Below are positions 45,030-60,341 of a DNA stretch of 64,000 nucleotides, piece by piece. This DNA comes from the human T2T-CHM13v2.0 reference genome, Homo sapiens. Every line of letters begins with the position of its first letter. Position 1 is the first letter of the stretch. Made by a program: the position numbers and the translations under genes. The stretch lies in NCBI RefSeq assembly GCF_009914755.1, contig NC_060930.1; one strand, given 5' to 3'. A model generated the notes under the pieces. That model ran no database searches. It saw nothing but the letters and a program-made list of their open reading frames with translations, and was not told the origin of the DNA.

Positions 45030-45262
45030 CTGGTTTAAACTGGGGCTTTTAATCTTGACACTACTGAAATTCGGGCTGGATAAGCCTGTGTTTGGGGGGT
45101 TGGGGAGGGCAGCCCTGTGCATTTTTGGACGCAGAGTGGTGTCCCTGGCCTGTATACACTAGATGTCTGTATCTCACCCCAACAGATGTGACAACCCTTA
45201 TCTCCAGACACTGGCAAATGTACCCTGGGAAGCAAAACAGCCTTAGTTTAGAGCCAATGGTT
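45030..45262. mobile_element. MER20 hAT DNA transposon
   Basis: gacactactgaaatt...gggctggataa...ccctggcctgtatacactagatg...tgtgacaacc...tctccagaca...caaatgt. Confidence 0.75.
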
Positions 45263-45289
45263 AAAGCATATTATTCAATTAAAATAATA

Positions 45290-45535
45290 ATCCTAAGACT
45301 CACACAGCACTATATAGTAGTTACAATTCCAGACACTTTACATATATCAACACATTTAATTTAATCCTCAATAATAACTCCACAAAGTTGGGCCTATATT
45401 TACCTTAACAGATGACAAAACTGAGGTATAGGGAGGTTAAGTAACTTGCCCAAGTTCACTGGACACATCAAAGAGCGGGAAATCAGAATTAGGGAGTCTG
45501 GCTCTAGAGTTTTTGCTCCTTTTACACTATACCTG
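45290..45535 (-). mobile_element. MIR SINE
   Basis: tttaatcctca...acagatgacaaaactgagg...ggttaagtaacttgcccaag...gtctggctctagag. Confidence 0.8.
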
Positions 45536-45591
45536 CTAAGATGCAGGGTGAATAAACAAAAATTAGAATTATTTTTCATTCAAGATTTTCA

Positions 45592-45893
<302 letters not shown>

Positions 45894-46242
45894 GATTTTC
45901 AGTAGTCTTACAACACTGGGTACTTTAAATACCCCTATTGAGCCCAGAATACGAACAATAATGGAATTGAAATAAGATAGTTTGTCAAAGGCTTCAACAA
46001 AAGTCCTAAGAAAAAAATGGAATATTCTTCCTATTGATCAATATTCCCTACATGTGGATACAGCATGTTTGCTTGCCTTCTCTATTTGCATATACTAGAA
46101 GTTACTATACAAAGGAACTACTGTATGACTATCAACCTAGCTTCTTTTGATTTGCATTACTCCTACCAGCAACCTGAGGCACAAAATATCTCTTGGGTAA
46201 CAGTTTATGTTTGTTGAACATAAATCACAGCAACAGACCTGT

Positions 46243-46764
46243 TGTTAGGTCCAGGGTCAGGTTCCAGCCCATGCTGAGGTCCGAGGGGAGTGGGTGGATG
46301 AATGGCAGATAGCTGAAAGAACACTCAGGGGCCGTAGATAGGTGAAATACAGCTTTATTCAGCATCTCTCTTACACTTTCTGCTCTGTCTCGGCTGCTTG
46401 AGCCGGCTGCTCCCACGTATACCTGTGTGGGTGGCTCTCCCTGCCTTCAGGGTCAGCAGCTTAACTCTTTCTCTCTCTGGACATAAGCAGGCCGAGCTGT
46501 GTCCTGGCTCCTCACTGTCCGTCTGCAAAGACGGAAAAGACGGACAGCTCTAGCTCTCTCTTTCTCTGGGCACGAGCACCTGTATAGCGTCAGCAGGACA
46601 GTTATACCTTTTACAGACAATAGTGGTCCAGAACCAAGTACAAACTTACACAAACCGGTTATAACAAATGGAGTATGCACCTGTGCCCTAAACTCACTGA
46701 GTCATGCAGGCTCGGATGCCTGCCTTGGCCTACTCTTGACCAAAGTGCATCCATGTACATTATA
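46243..46764 (-). mobile_element. LTR18 (LTR18B-like) ERV solo LTR
   Basis: Minus strand starts tataatgtacatggatgcactttggtcaag...cctgcatgactcagtgagtt, like the recalled LTR18 5' end; TSD CCTGT/CCTCT. Confidence 0.8.
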
Positions 46765-46769
46765 CCTCT

Positions 46770-47104
46770 ATTAGTCTGTTTTCACACTGTTATAAACAAC
46801 TTCTGGAGACTAGGTAATTTACAAAGGAAAGAGGGCTCATGGACTCACAGTTCAGCATGGCTGGGGAGGCCACAGGAAACTTACAATCATGGTGGAAGGT
46901 GAAGCAAGGCAGGGAAGGAAGAGCCCCTTATAAAACCATCAGATCTTGTGAGAACTCACTATCAAGAGCACAGCATGGGGGAAACTGCCTCCGTGATTCA
47001 ATTACCTCCACCTGGCCTCTCCCTTGACACGTGGGGATTGTGGGGATTATGGGGATTACAATTCAAATGAGATATGGGTGAGGACACAAAGCCTAACCAT
47101 ATCA
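46770..47104 (-). mobile_element. THE1D-like MaLR solo LTR (terminal TGT displaced to 46240-46242)
   Basis: attagtctgttttcacactg...cttacaatcatgg...cttgacacgtggggatt...aaccatatca; TSD AGACC at 46235-46239 and 47105-47109. Confidence 0.9.
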
Positions 47105-47503
47105 AGACCACATGATTTACCACTGACTGTTGAGTAGCTCTACGTATGCAAGTGACTGTGCTTGACTTCACACACTGTACACATACATAGTACCAAAAGT
47201 GGTAAGCAGAGTGAATGACCACCCTACCCCAAATATTTCCATGCTGTAATCCCCAGACCTGTGCACATGTTATTTCACATGGCAAAGGGAGTTGGCAGGT
47301 ATGATGAAAGTTACTTAAGAACAATTAAGTTGCCCTTAAAGAGCAACCTGGATTATCCAGGTGGGCCCAATCTAATAAGTGGGCCCTTAAATGCAAAGAA
47401 CATTCTTCAGCTGGGGGCAGAAGAGATGCAGCAGAATGGAAAGTCAGAGATTCAGCTGAACAGGACTCCATGTGATGTTGCTGGTTTGAAAAAGGAGTGT
47501 TCA

Positions 47504-48062
<559 letters not shown>

Positions 48063-49959
48063 AAGAAAATGAAGGGAGCAAACTGACGAAGAATGCAGGT
48101 GGCCTTCAGAAACTGAGAGTCGACTGACAGCAAGGAAATGGGGACCTTAGTTCTACAGTTGGCAAGGAACTGAATTTTGCCAACAACCTGAATGAGCTTG
48201 TAAAACAGATTCTCCCCCGGAGCCAGAGAAGAGCCTGGGCCAGCTGACAGCTCATTTTTGGCCTTATGAGACTCAGTGCAGAGAAACCAAACAAGGCCAC
48301 TCTGACTCTGACCTAGAACTGTAAGATATTAATTTGTATTGTTTTAAGTCACTCTGTGATAATTTGTTAGAGCAATGAAAGAAAACACACCACACAACAT
48401 GCCCAAGAAGAACAGTAAGTCACCCACTGCCACACCATGAATTACCAAGTGGCAGACAGGGATTTAGAAACCCGGTCTTCAAACCCCAAAACTATTTCCT
48501 TAAGTAATCAATATCTGCAAAGGTTTCCTAGCATGCAAACAGTTTTGCATCCGCTCACTTGCTGGCTCCTCACATCCAGGAAAGGTAGGCATTATCATCA
48601 CTCTCACAGGTAAGAGATAAAGCTCAAATGCACTGTATATCTTCACAGGGTTGGACTGTTAATAAGTGGCAAAGCCACAAGCTCTCTCATCTCAGTGCCT
48701 TTGTGTGTGCTGCCTTTAACACTAAGAAAGTAGTAAGTAGGTTAAAACAAAGTGAGTCATAAAAACAGAGAAAAATAATTTTCTGCTGTTCAGGGGATAA
48801 GAACAGGCAAGAATTTATGGAATGAATAAGATTTAAATTGGGTCTTGATAGACAGGTAGGATTTCAAAAGATAAGACCTGATTATTTTGTAAATTTGGAA
48901 TCAAATTCTTGATTTGATGTGTGCAGGTGTGTGTTTTAACTGGTCACCATTTACGTGTTTAGACTTCATCACATAATGAAGCAGCAATATGAGAGGCTGT
49001 GAAACGGTTACCATCTCAGGGAAAGTAAGTTTGGTTCCTGAACTGATATTTTGCAGGAATGTTTGTATGACAGTTAATGGAACAATATAAAATGCTAAAG
49101 GTGGGGAACTGTCATTTCAATAAGGTAAAACCTTCCATAATGAATATATAGCAGAACTCTGGACAACTTGCCTCTGACAAGTAGGCCCACAACAGAGAAA
49201 TTTTCAATAAGATAAATACAGCAAAGCAGATGTCTGGATGCAGCAGAGATGCCAGAAAACCTCTGTGCAGCCAGGCAATCCTCTTCTTTCTGTCACTTAG
49301 GAGGCTCTGTGCCATGCCTACATTTGCACTAAAAATCAATACTCCACCCCCCTGGCCATAGATGATTAGACACTTAACTAAAGCTGGGTCAGATTCTCCA
49401 TTCTGGGAATTTGGAATTGAGCCTCTGAGATGCTTATTATAAAGTCTATTAGTGTTTAAACTTATTGGCTATGTAAACTTGAGTACTGATTCATAAGACA
49501 GCCTGTCTGCAGAGGAAAGAATAAAGCATGTATGACTGAAGACAAAAGACTAAGTAGCCCAGAGTAAGAAATGAGGAATAGCGGTCTTGGTTCCCTGTAC
49601 CTTCACATTTGTAATTCCAGGTTCTGTGAGGTCTTCACCTAAATCCATGAGAGATTCCTTTTTATAATAAATATCCCCCCCCCACCCACTGACTCCAAAT
49701 TAAGTGGATTTACATTCTTACTAACAAATGATCTCTTGTATCAGATTCTCAAAAAAGCACTTGGGAACATGTGTCTTCCTTGATAGGTCAATCTACTTGT
49801 TTGCCTTGTCCAAATATGGCAGAGTGGTTGAATCCCGCTAAGGAAAAATCAAACGAGTGAGCAGAGGGGGCCAGCTGCCGGCTCCAACTGTGTGCTCAGC
49901 AGTGCCCAGCAAGTATTCTGTTTCTTTACTCAGCCTTCTCATTGCCCCTTGTCATCCTG

Positions 49960-51270
49960 CAGCTACCACCCCACCTCTCTGGCCTCGTTCACAGTTACCT
50001 TCTTGAAAGAATAGTCTGCGCCCTTCCTTAGCTCCACTGCAATACAGCTGCTACCCTGAATACTGCACTGAATCAGCCCCAGTAAGGGTCATCTTCTACC
50101 TGCTTCTTACCAAATCCACAGAACACTTCTTAGTCCTTATCTTGACTCTCAGCAGCATTTGACACTGCTGAGACTCACTCCTTCAAATACTGAATATCTA
50201 AAAATGCTCCAGAGTGCCACACTCTGCCAGTTTTCTTCCTGCATCTCTCTGATTGCTCCTTCTCTGTCACCACTTACTCTGCACATCCTGTAAATGTTGA
50301 TGTTCCTTGGGCTTCTAAGCCCTTGACTCTTTGTACAGGACACATTATCCCTAATAGATCTTATTTATTTCCATAGTTTGATGGCCTCAAGATTGGCATC
50401 TCTAGCCTAGACTTCTCTTTGCAGTGCTTGTTGTATACATCCAACTGCTCACAAGAGACCTCCAATTGGACATCTTTCTCCTCTAATGCCACATATCCTA
50501 AACCACATCCATTACCCCTCTCCACTCCTCTCTCTCTCCTGACGATTCCAACCATCAGAAAACCCGTGACCCAATCAGGAACCCAAGAACCTCTTTATCT
50601 CCATTTCCTCTCTCACTCTCCATTTTTAAGTGCCCACAAAGTTCTATAAATTCCGGTTTTAAGTATCTCAAGGATCTGTTCACTTTCTCTATCTTCACTA
50701 CCCCTTTATGCATTTAGGCCATCCTCATCTCTCACCTGGATTACTGCCGAGCCTTCTAACACATGTCCTGGACTCCAGTCTTATCCAAAAATGCAGATTT
50801 GATATTATTTCTGCAACTTGAAACCCTCCCATGGTTCCTGATGATCTCAGGATAAAGTCTAAACACCTGGTCAGACGCCTTCTCTGCTTCATTTCTGTGG
50901 CCCACTTCCTCTTCTCAGCACTACTACTCTGGCTCAGTCCTCTGGCTGCCCTGGGGACCTTCATACATTCCATTCCTATCCTGCGGCCCTCTTCATCTTG
51001 CCTGCAACCGGCTAATTCCCACTCATCCTCAGGTCTAATACTTTACTTCATTTAGAAAGTGTTCCTGAACCCCCTAATCTGCCAGAGTTATGTTCTACTC
51101 CAGGTTCCCATAGTAACTCTAGGCCCCTCCCAGGGTACTTGTCACAGGGCCTCCTTACTCTCTACCCCTTTGGGCTCCATGTGGGCAGTGGTGATAATGG
51201 TCTTGTTTACTGTCATCTCTCCAGTGCCTTGCACAGGGTGGTACTTCTAAATATTTGTAGGAGGGTTGTT
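49960..51270 (+). mobile_element. Long L2 fragment
   Basis: ctctcagcagcatttgacactg...catctctcacctggattactgc...ctcaggataaagtc...atctctccagtgcctt...aaatatttg. Confidence 0.8.
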
Positions 51271-51786
51271 GGAAGTGATTCTTAATCTGATTTATTAAAG
51301 GAAAATATTAAAATTAAAAAAAAATTATTTGGGTTTGAATGATAACTGTATCGCCCCATTTGCAGAAAGAGTTATACTGTCCGGATCTCTTAAGATCAAT
51401 TAAACAGAGCCTTTGTTGTCACTTCTATATACAACTTGACTGTCAAGTCAGTAACAACATATTATTTTGACTCATAGAATTCTTTTTGGTGATATACCTC
51501 ACTGTGAATTTAAAATTCATACTGCATTTTTGTTAATGTGGTCACACTTTATAGAATCTCTTGCTTAAAAATTAAATAATTGTAACATTATGTATCCTAA
51601 ACTTTAGGAGTCATAGTTGCCCCAAGATGAGGGAGAATAAAGGAAGCAAATTTAGATTTGTTTCTTCCAGTGACAATTGTTTTTCTCTTGATTTAAACAA
51701 CTTTCCAGAACCCCCAATAACTTTCATTAATGCTTAAGGTATTATTTTAGATAATTATATACACGCACATAACCATGTACATATTA

Positions 51787-51789
<3 letters not shown>

Positions 51790-51823
<34 letters not shown>
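51790..51823 (+). repeat. (TA)n microsatellite
   Basis: Uninterrupted TA run seen directly. Confidence 0.95.
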
Positions 51824-51826
<3 letters not shown>

Positions 51827-52139
51827 CAAGGGGATATAAACATACATGAACACATACTAGTAAATATAGTTGTTAAGTTGAGCACAATATTACTCTTGAG
51901 AGGCTTTTCCAAACAAACTGAGCATTGGTGTTGCTTTCAGAATTAAAGCATGTTGTCTGCCACAAGCTGGGGTGGAAATTGTGCCAGTCCTCACCTCACT
52001 TCCCTTTACTTCCTTCTCAGGCAGAGGAGTGACTGCAACAGGAGTCCTGATTCTTTATTCAAGGTGGGTAAGATCTGAGCCTGCCAAGGCCCCAGGGGAT
52101 ATGGGGAACCCAGCAGAGATGAGTGCACAAGAAGAGGGT

Positions 52140-52375
52140 GGGGGCAGGGACCAGACAGACCTGGATTTCAACCTCGCAGGAGCTGCTCGACCCTGGGCAA
52201 TTTGCTTGCCCCTTCCTGGCTTCAATTTCCTATGTATAAAATGAGAAGAATAATGTCAAATACCCATATTCTGAGAAAAACCAAATACTTGTTGTTCTGA
52301 GAATTTAATGAGAATATGTACATAAAGTGGTGAGCATAGTATCTAATAGGAAGTGAACACTCAACAAATGGTATC
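52140..52375 (+). mobile_element. MIR SINE
   Basis: cagacagacctggatttca...ccctgggcaa...ttcaatttcc...tgtataaaatgag...cactcaacaaatgg. Confidence 0.65.
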
Positions 52376-52749
52376 CTGTAGTTACTGGCATACTTTTCAC
52401 CATTCCAGAATTAAAACTGCAGATAAAGGAGACAAAATCTATGCCAAGATGATATTTTAAAAATCTCATTATTGATTTCCTTAATTATATATAATAACAC
52501 TAACTGATGGTATAAAATCAATTAAGGAGCCACTCTCAGAACAGGAAGAATAACAAACACATTCTATTAGGAGAAAAAGGGAATACATGATGGAGTATAA
52601 CTGAGAAGCTGCACTTTTTATTAAAAGTATAGTTTTAACTGTTGCCTCTGTTTTAAACCTAGAGAAAAAGAGAAAATTATCAGACATTGCTATTATTGCT
52701 GTTGTTATTCATAAACCAAAAATACTTGGAAATTAATAGCTGAGGTTTA

Positions 52750-53028
<279 letters not shown>

Positions 53029-56000
53029 GCCAATTGAGGAATATAATTTTTATTTTAAATATGAAGGCAAAATTCTTTTTAAAGAGAAATATCTAACTTG
53101 GGGACTTGGTATATACCAGTGGAAGACTCCGGGCTGCATAACACACAACAGACACTTATGGCTACTAATGTGTTGTGTGCCCCCGGGGTTTGTGAAGACA
53201 GGGCACTCCAGAGTAAAGTAAAGGAGCAGAGATCTCACCCTGAGGTGGAGGAAGAACCCTCCCTCCCTGCCAGTTTGGTTTATTACCTTCAAATCAGCCC
53301 CTGAAAATGCTGTCTGCAAAAATCCCTCAGTGTTTTGGAAAACACTAGCAACACGGGTGATGCATGAGATTTCAAATCAATCAAAGGCATTACTTCCTAA
53401 GACAGCTTTCGAGCAATTCTATTGATAATTAAAGGTCCACAAATATGCTAACTAATCATATAACTAGACAGCTTCCTCCCTCAGGAATTCTAAAAGGTAG
53501 GAGTGAGTGCCCACAGGTCAGAAAAAGGTGATCCTTCTGAACACCAGTGGTAATGTATGGAATTCACCTCTCAAGGTTCCAGGAAGCGAGAGGGCTGCTC
53601 ATTCCCTGCTGCCAATCATAGTCAATTACTGAGTATTAAGGTGACTAGTCTTCTGACGTGTGTAACATATATAATACCACTTCTGCAACTCTCCTGATGT
53701 CTGCCTTTGCACCATTAGTACCGCCTCTCTCCAGCAGAACACACTGAAGGATGGAAGATGATTAAGAGCATGGGTAAAGTACCACAGAAAAAGACAGCTA
53801 ATACTAAATTAAGCTAATTATTAAGCTAGAACTAACACCTGATTACCTGCAGCATATCTGGCTATAAAATCCTCAACCTCTATTACCAGATCAGTCAAAA
53901 GTGGAGAATTTCTGTCAAAACCTGTATTTATCAAGAATACATAAATTCAGACTAGTTTTCTAATAAATAATCTACTCCTGGTTAACTCAGACCAATACCT
54001 GGTATTATACTTTGCCCATCTTCTTCCTAGTTTTCAAAGAAGTCCCTTCTAAATGTCTAAATTCTAGTGCCTTTACCTTATAAAAACCTAGGGTGTAATT
54101 CTTCAGATCACAGGTGGGTGGAGAACTACAACCACAGAAGCAAATACACTGACTTCCCAGACTCTCAGGTATATTCTAATAGGACCGTAGTTAAAGCTTT
54201 AAGCAAGAAGCAGATGGAAAGCATCACCATCCCCAACTCTCCCAAAGACACCTGTTTTAAACTTCCTATTTCAGCTCATCCTACTATGCTATATCTTGGA
54301 ATATAACTCTTTTTTCAATTTATAAAATTACAATGGTTTATTTTCGATCAATTTTAGAAACATTTGACAAGGTATGGGAAGTAAACAGAAATAACCTTTG
54401 ATTTTAATTTTCCTATTTTCTTTACCATCAACAGCAAGCAGATTTTAAATTCTAAGATTGAAAAATATAGACCTAGGGGGATTTTAAAAAGCTTGGGAAA
54501 AGAGACCCAAATATCCTCGTGCCCAACAAAGAATATCTTTCCTTTTATTAGTTGGTTTTTATTAAACAATTCCTGCCTTGAAGTCTAACATGAAATACTT
54601 TAAAAGTTAAAAATTATATCATAGATTAAAAGCTTTCTATTGTTTTAGGTTGAATCATAAGAACTTAAGTGTACCTCGTATGTTAAGACTAAAACAGCCA
54701 AAATGTTCTTCTGAAAATCTTTAAGAGTATAATGTTCCAATAAAAGGAAGTAAACTTTTAGAACATTAGTTGGTGTTCTGTTTCCAAATCTAATCCTCCA
54801 GGCATAAACTACATTTAAGGAGCAGATTAAAACCACCCAAGAACAAATTATTAATTCAGTTTTCCATTTCACTCTTGAATTCTTGTCTTAAATGCACTAG
54901 GAATCTCTGCTGCCAATGTAGTTAAAGCTGCAGCAGCTCTAATAATCAACGGATATTATCACAAAGGGTGGATACATCCTAAAATGAAAGCACCATATGC
55001 CTAATTATTGAGCTAAATTTACACATGTAGTTATCTCTGAATGAAACATTTTCAGCTTTTCAGCTCACAAAAATTATTTCTTTCTATGCCCTGAAGGTAT
55101 TTCTCCAGATTTCTTTATCCCTGGCTTTCTTTCCTCCCCACATATCTGAGTGTTGTGTGACAGCAGGCCCAGAAGTCAGAAGTAACTGGACACTGATGAA
55201 TGAATGAGGAACCACTCCATTCAACACCCTCTCTATGGTTTTCCTGAGGATGAGCATCCCTTCTGTGTAATAACAATTCTAACAAGGCAAAATAATGCTT
55301 ACTTTCCTGCCATAGGAAGTGAGAAATTTGGCAACAACAACTAAAAGGGGAGGCAACAATAGAAAATAGAAGCTATTGGTCAATACAGCAATACTGCAGC
55401 CAAAACATACTTTTCTTTCCTGGAAATGACTTTCTGAATCCAATTTACCTACCAACCCCTTTCCTTATCACTCCTACCAATTCCTAGCTGCTAGTAAGTA
55501 CATACTATGTATTGAATAATGAATGATACATGCCAGGCATTGCGCTGAGAGATTCACATACATTTTCTATTTTAATTCTTACAACAACTCTGAAAAAGAG
55601 GAATTATTAACTCCATTTCAAAGGCGTGGAAAGGGAGGACAGAAGTGTTTCTACTCTGCCATACTGCCTCACATTTATAAAACATTTTGTTGATATACTT
55701 AATCTGGGTTACATTTAGGATGAATTGCCTTTTATTGTCAAATTCTGGGCCACGGACCTATGAGATAAAAAAGGTGTCCCCACTTCTAGGGTGTCTGAAA
55801 TCTACTTGAAAGATAACATATATGCACACAAAATCAGTGACACACAGGCCAAAGATAGAAATAATCAATAACATGGGAATTTGGAGAAGGGAGAAATCAG
55901 TGAAGGTTGAGAGTGTAGAGAGGGCTTCATGAGGACATGGATTTTGAGCAAGTGAGAAGACTCTCCTTTTGAGAACCATAAAGTAAACAAGGTGAAATCC

Positions 56001-56161
56001 TAAACTACATGTGTTCTGGAGATAGTAACTATGTAAGTTTTGTGGAAGCACAGTCCTTCCTGGGAAGTAACAGAGATACAACTCAACAAATAAACTGATG
56101 CAGATTTACAGAAGACTACGGATGCCAAGCTAAACATTTGTGACTTCACTGTGACTTCATT

Positions 56162-56662
<501 letters not shown>

Positions 56663-59559
56663 GGAAATGGAGGACCATTAAAACCTGAGTTGGGCAATAT
56701 GAGAGAAGTGATGTTTTAGGAATATTAATAGTCATCTGTAGAATAAACTGCAAAAGGGACCACTGACAAATGCATAAAATTCATTGAGCCTCTACCATGC
56801 AATTATTTATATGACACAGCACTTTTCAGGAGAAACAATATGAAATTGGGAAATAGAAAACCAAGCTTCTTTCTCTTTCTCAAAATATCACACCTTCTTA
56901 GGGAGGAACATGTTTATGTAATTCTGATTTCTCTAGTGGAAAATAATAGCTAACCTATGACTTTTCATTTTAGTGTGGTACTGTAAGCATTACTCATTAA
57001 GACACCTTTATCTCTCAAAAAATTTTGCCAAAATGGAAACAAAACAAAACCAACTCTAGGTATATCCTGTATAAAATTGAAATACAAGAAAAATGGCAAC
57101 CCTTATTAAATACTGTCCAGTATTCTAGGTAATAAAGAAAATAAATGAAGACTCTACCTACTTTAAAAATAACATATCTAAAAAAAAAATACTGGCTGTA
57201 GATATAAACACTTTTCAATAAAATAACAGAATCTTTATATTCGAGTGTTGACCTTTAAAGGAATCTCACAATCATCTACATTTATTTCAGCAGTGTTGTA
57301 TTTGGTCAAAAGATTTTTTTTTGTTTTTGGCACCACTTTCACCAGTTTACAGTCATATAAGAAAATGAATGCAGTTTTCATTTTATAAATCATTCTGGAA
57401 AACAACTTGAAAACTGGAAAAGGCATTTCCTATATTCATTAGTCTCTTTATTCACTAGGTCTGATTCTAAATGACTTCTGACTGTTGTAAAAAAAAAAAA
57501 TCAAAAAGACAAAGACTTGTAGCCCATGAGTATATACATTAGAAAGGACTTCAAAGATGAGCGGACACCACTTCTGGAATACCAGATTACTTAGCGCGAA
57601 ATCACACTTAACCTGAGTAACTCCTGTAGGCATGTTTATTTCAAAGAGCATATTCATTCAACAAATACATACTGGGCCCTATTATGGGCAGGGCCCAGAG
57701 CTAACTGATCTGTTGGACACATGGATGAATAGGGGAAGCTCTTTCTCCTGCCCTCAATATGATAGTTCTGGAAGGGACGGACGACTGCAAAGAGCCAATG
57801 TCATAGAAATTCTGTATTCTTGGGAGTTAGGGAAAACAGAAGTACTTCCAACCCTACACTGTGGCTTTATCTTATTACTGATGGAATACTTAATAAATCA
57901 TCATTTTTATTCACCCTAACTGCTAAAGCAGCTTTCAACAGTAGTTAATAAATCACCTTCATTTTCTATTCTCCTCAACCACCCCACCTTTAAAGCTACT
58001 GAGTTCTTCATTACACATTCTATGTTAAGTAACCACAGGAGGATTAAATAATGAAGACTAACCAAAATGCTTAATATGAGTGAATGTATACAATGCATTA
58101 GATATATGCCAATTATAAAATACGTTTTTTACTACATAAAGTTCATTTTATACTTCCTAATAAGAATGCCTTATAAAATTGCTGACTTGGGCTAATAACT
58201 CCTTAAATCACAATATGGACTTCTCAGGCATTTCTAATTATGAGCTGAAAACCTGTAGTTGGCTAGATAAAACATTCAACACTGCTAGTTGACTAAAAAA
58301 AAAAAAAAAAAGTCTCCAAAAATAGCACTGTAAATATTCTAAAATTACTATCATGTCTAACCACAATTTATAAAAATAATATAGTACATTTATGTCAATC
58401 GTTATTCATCACGTTAACACAGTGTTATAGCCAAATTTAAATAGTTCTGGCGCTTGGCAGACTTTTATGAACCAAGGTCAGAATATAAATACATTTTGAA
58501 ATATGCAGCTCTTCACTATCTTAAAAAACATGACTAAAAACATTTGAAGGATTTAGGGTGGAAAAAAAAAAGCCCAAACTTCACACACAAAATATCATGC
58601 TTTTCTTTAAAAATAAAATATCTTTGACAAAATGCATATTTATCCTATTTACAACACTGAAGGCCTCTCACATACAAAAGATTAGCCTGCCTCTTCACAC
58701 ATAAGAACAAATATTTCTAGGAAATCTCATGATTTCCTTTTGGTTAATTTTTCTTCTTTAAGAATTCAGCTGTGTAAGACTTGCCATTTTCTGGCATCAT
58801 TAAAATCACTTCTGAAATTCTATTTGGACTACTTTTGATCTTCAACTATTAGAAAAGCATCCTGATTCATTCCAAAAGGAGAAAGATCCTTCCGCAGATC
58901 TCCAGAGAGGTCAATACCTTCCTCAAGTATCTGAGGCAAAATCCCAACTGTCACTTAAAAATGAAGATGCGCTGGTAAAGCTGGCTAGGTCTCAGCTGAA
59001 GGATGTGGGCTGTCCCAAGTGCCTGGTAAGAGCTCCTATCAATAAAGGATATTTTATTCTAAGTGTGCAATCTAGGGGAAAAATTTTTTTTCTTGCAACT
59101 TTGCTTTATAAAATCCTAACTCTCGCCTTCAGGACTTTGCCTCCCACAGGAGTCCACGTTCATTGAGCCGGCTTGCCAGATCCATCTCCCCTGGTGGATT
59201 TCACTCCTTAGGCCTCCAAGCTCTGCCATCTTCTCTATCTTCCTCCTTTCAAAATTTCCTTGTTCTATCTATACAACTCACAAGGAAGAAATGCAAATGA
59301 TCAACACAGGAGAAAGTGTTGATCAAAGAAAAGCAAACTGAAAATGCCATATACTGCTTCATCACTTATGAAATTCACAAAGAATCAACAGACTCCATTC
59401 ATTATATGACACATGGGAGTATAAATGGTTTCTGGAAAGTTATCCCTCAAAATGTACTATCTGTTGGCCAATTTATTTCCCCTCTTAAGAATTTAAGAGA
59501 AAATCCCACTTACCAGGGTGTGTGCAATAAAAAGTGAGACACAAATTTACTGGACAAAG

Positions 59560-59870
59560 CTGTCTGTCTCAGCATTTTTAATAAAAACAAAAAAGTGGAA
59601 ATAATCTAAATGTTCAGGTCCAAGGGACTGGTTAAATAAAGTATCATGTTTTGACATGGATATACTGTGCCAACATAAAATGACACTTGCAAAGAAAATG
59701 AAAAACAAAAAGTATATATAGTGTGGTTATAACCCGGCGTCGGGGGGTGGGAACGAACTTACATATTGGGGTTAGGGAGGAGCATCATTGACACTACTTA
59801 GTGACTGATAAAACTATGAAGGATTTGTTTTTTTTTTTCTACTCTAGTGTGCTTTCAAATTTTTCTTTCC
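59560..59870 (+). mobile_element. Old L1ME-type fragment
   Basis: agcatttttaataaaaacaaaaaagtggaaataatctaaatgttca...gggactggttaaataaa. Confidence 0.55.
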
Positions 59871-60022
59871 CAAGCAGACATGAGTTTATAAAGCGAAATA
59901 AGACAATGGAAGATACTTGCTTCAACAAACCTATTCTATCCTTTGATAAGACAAATCTCAAAGTATAATATTAATAATTCTGCTGAGCAACTTTATCCAT
60001 CTATTTCTAAAGCAAGCCTTTA

Positions 60023-60341
<319 letters not shown>

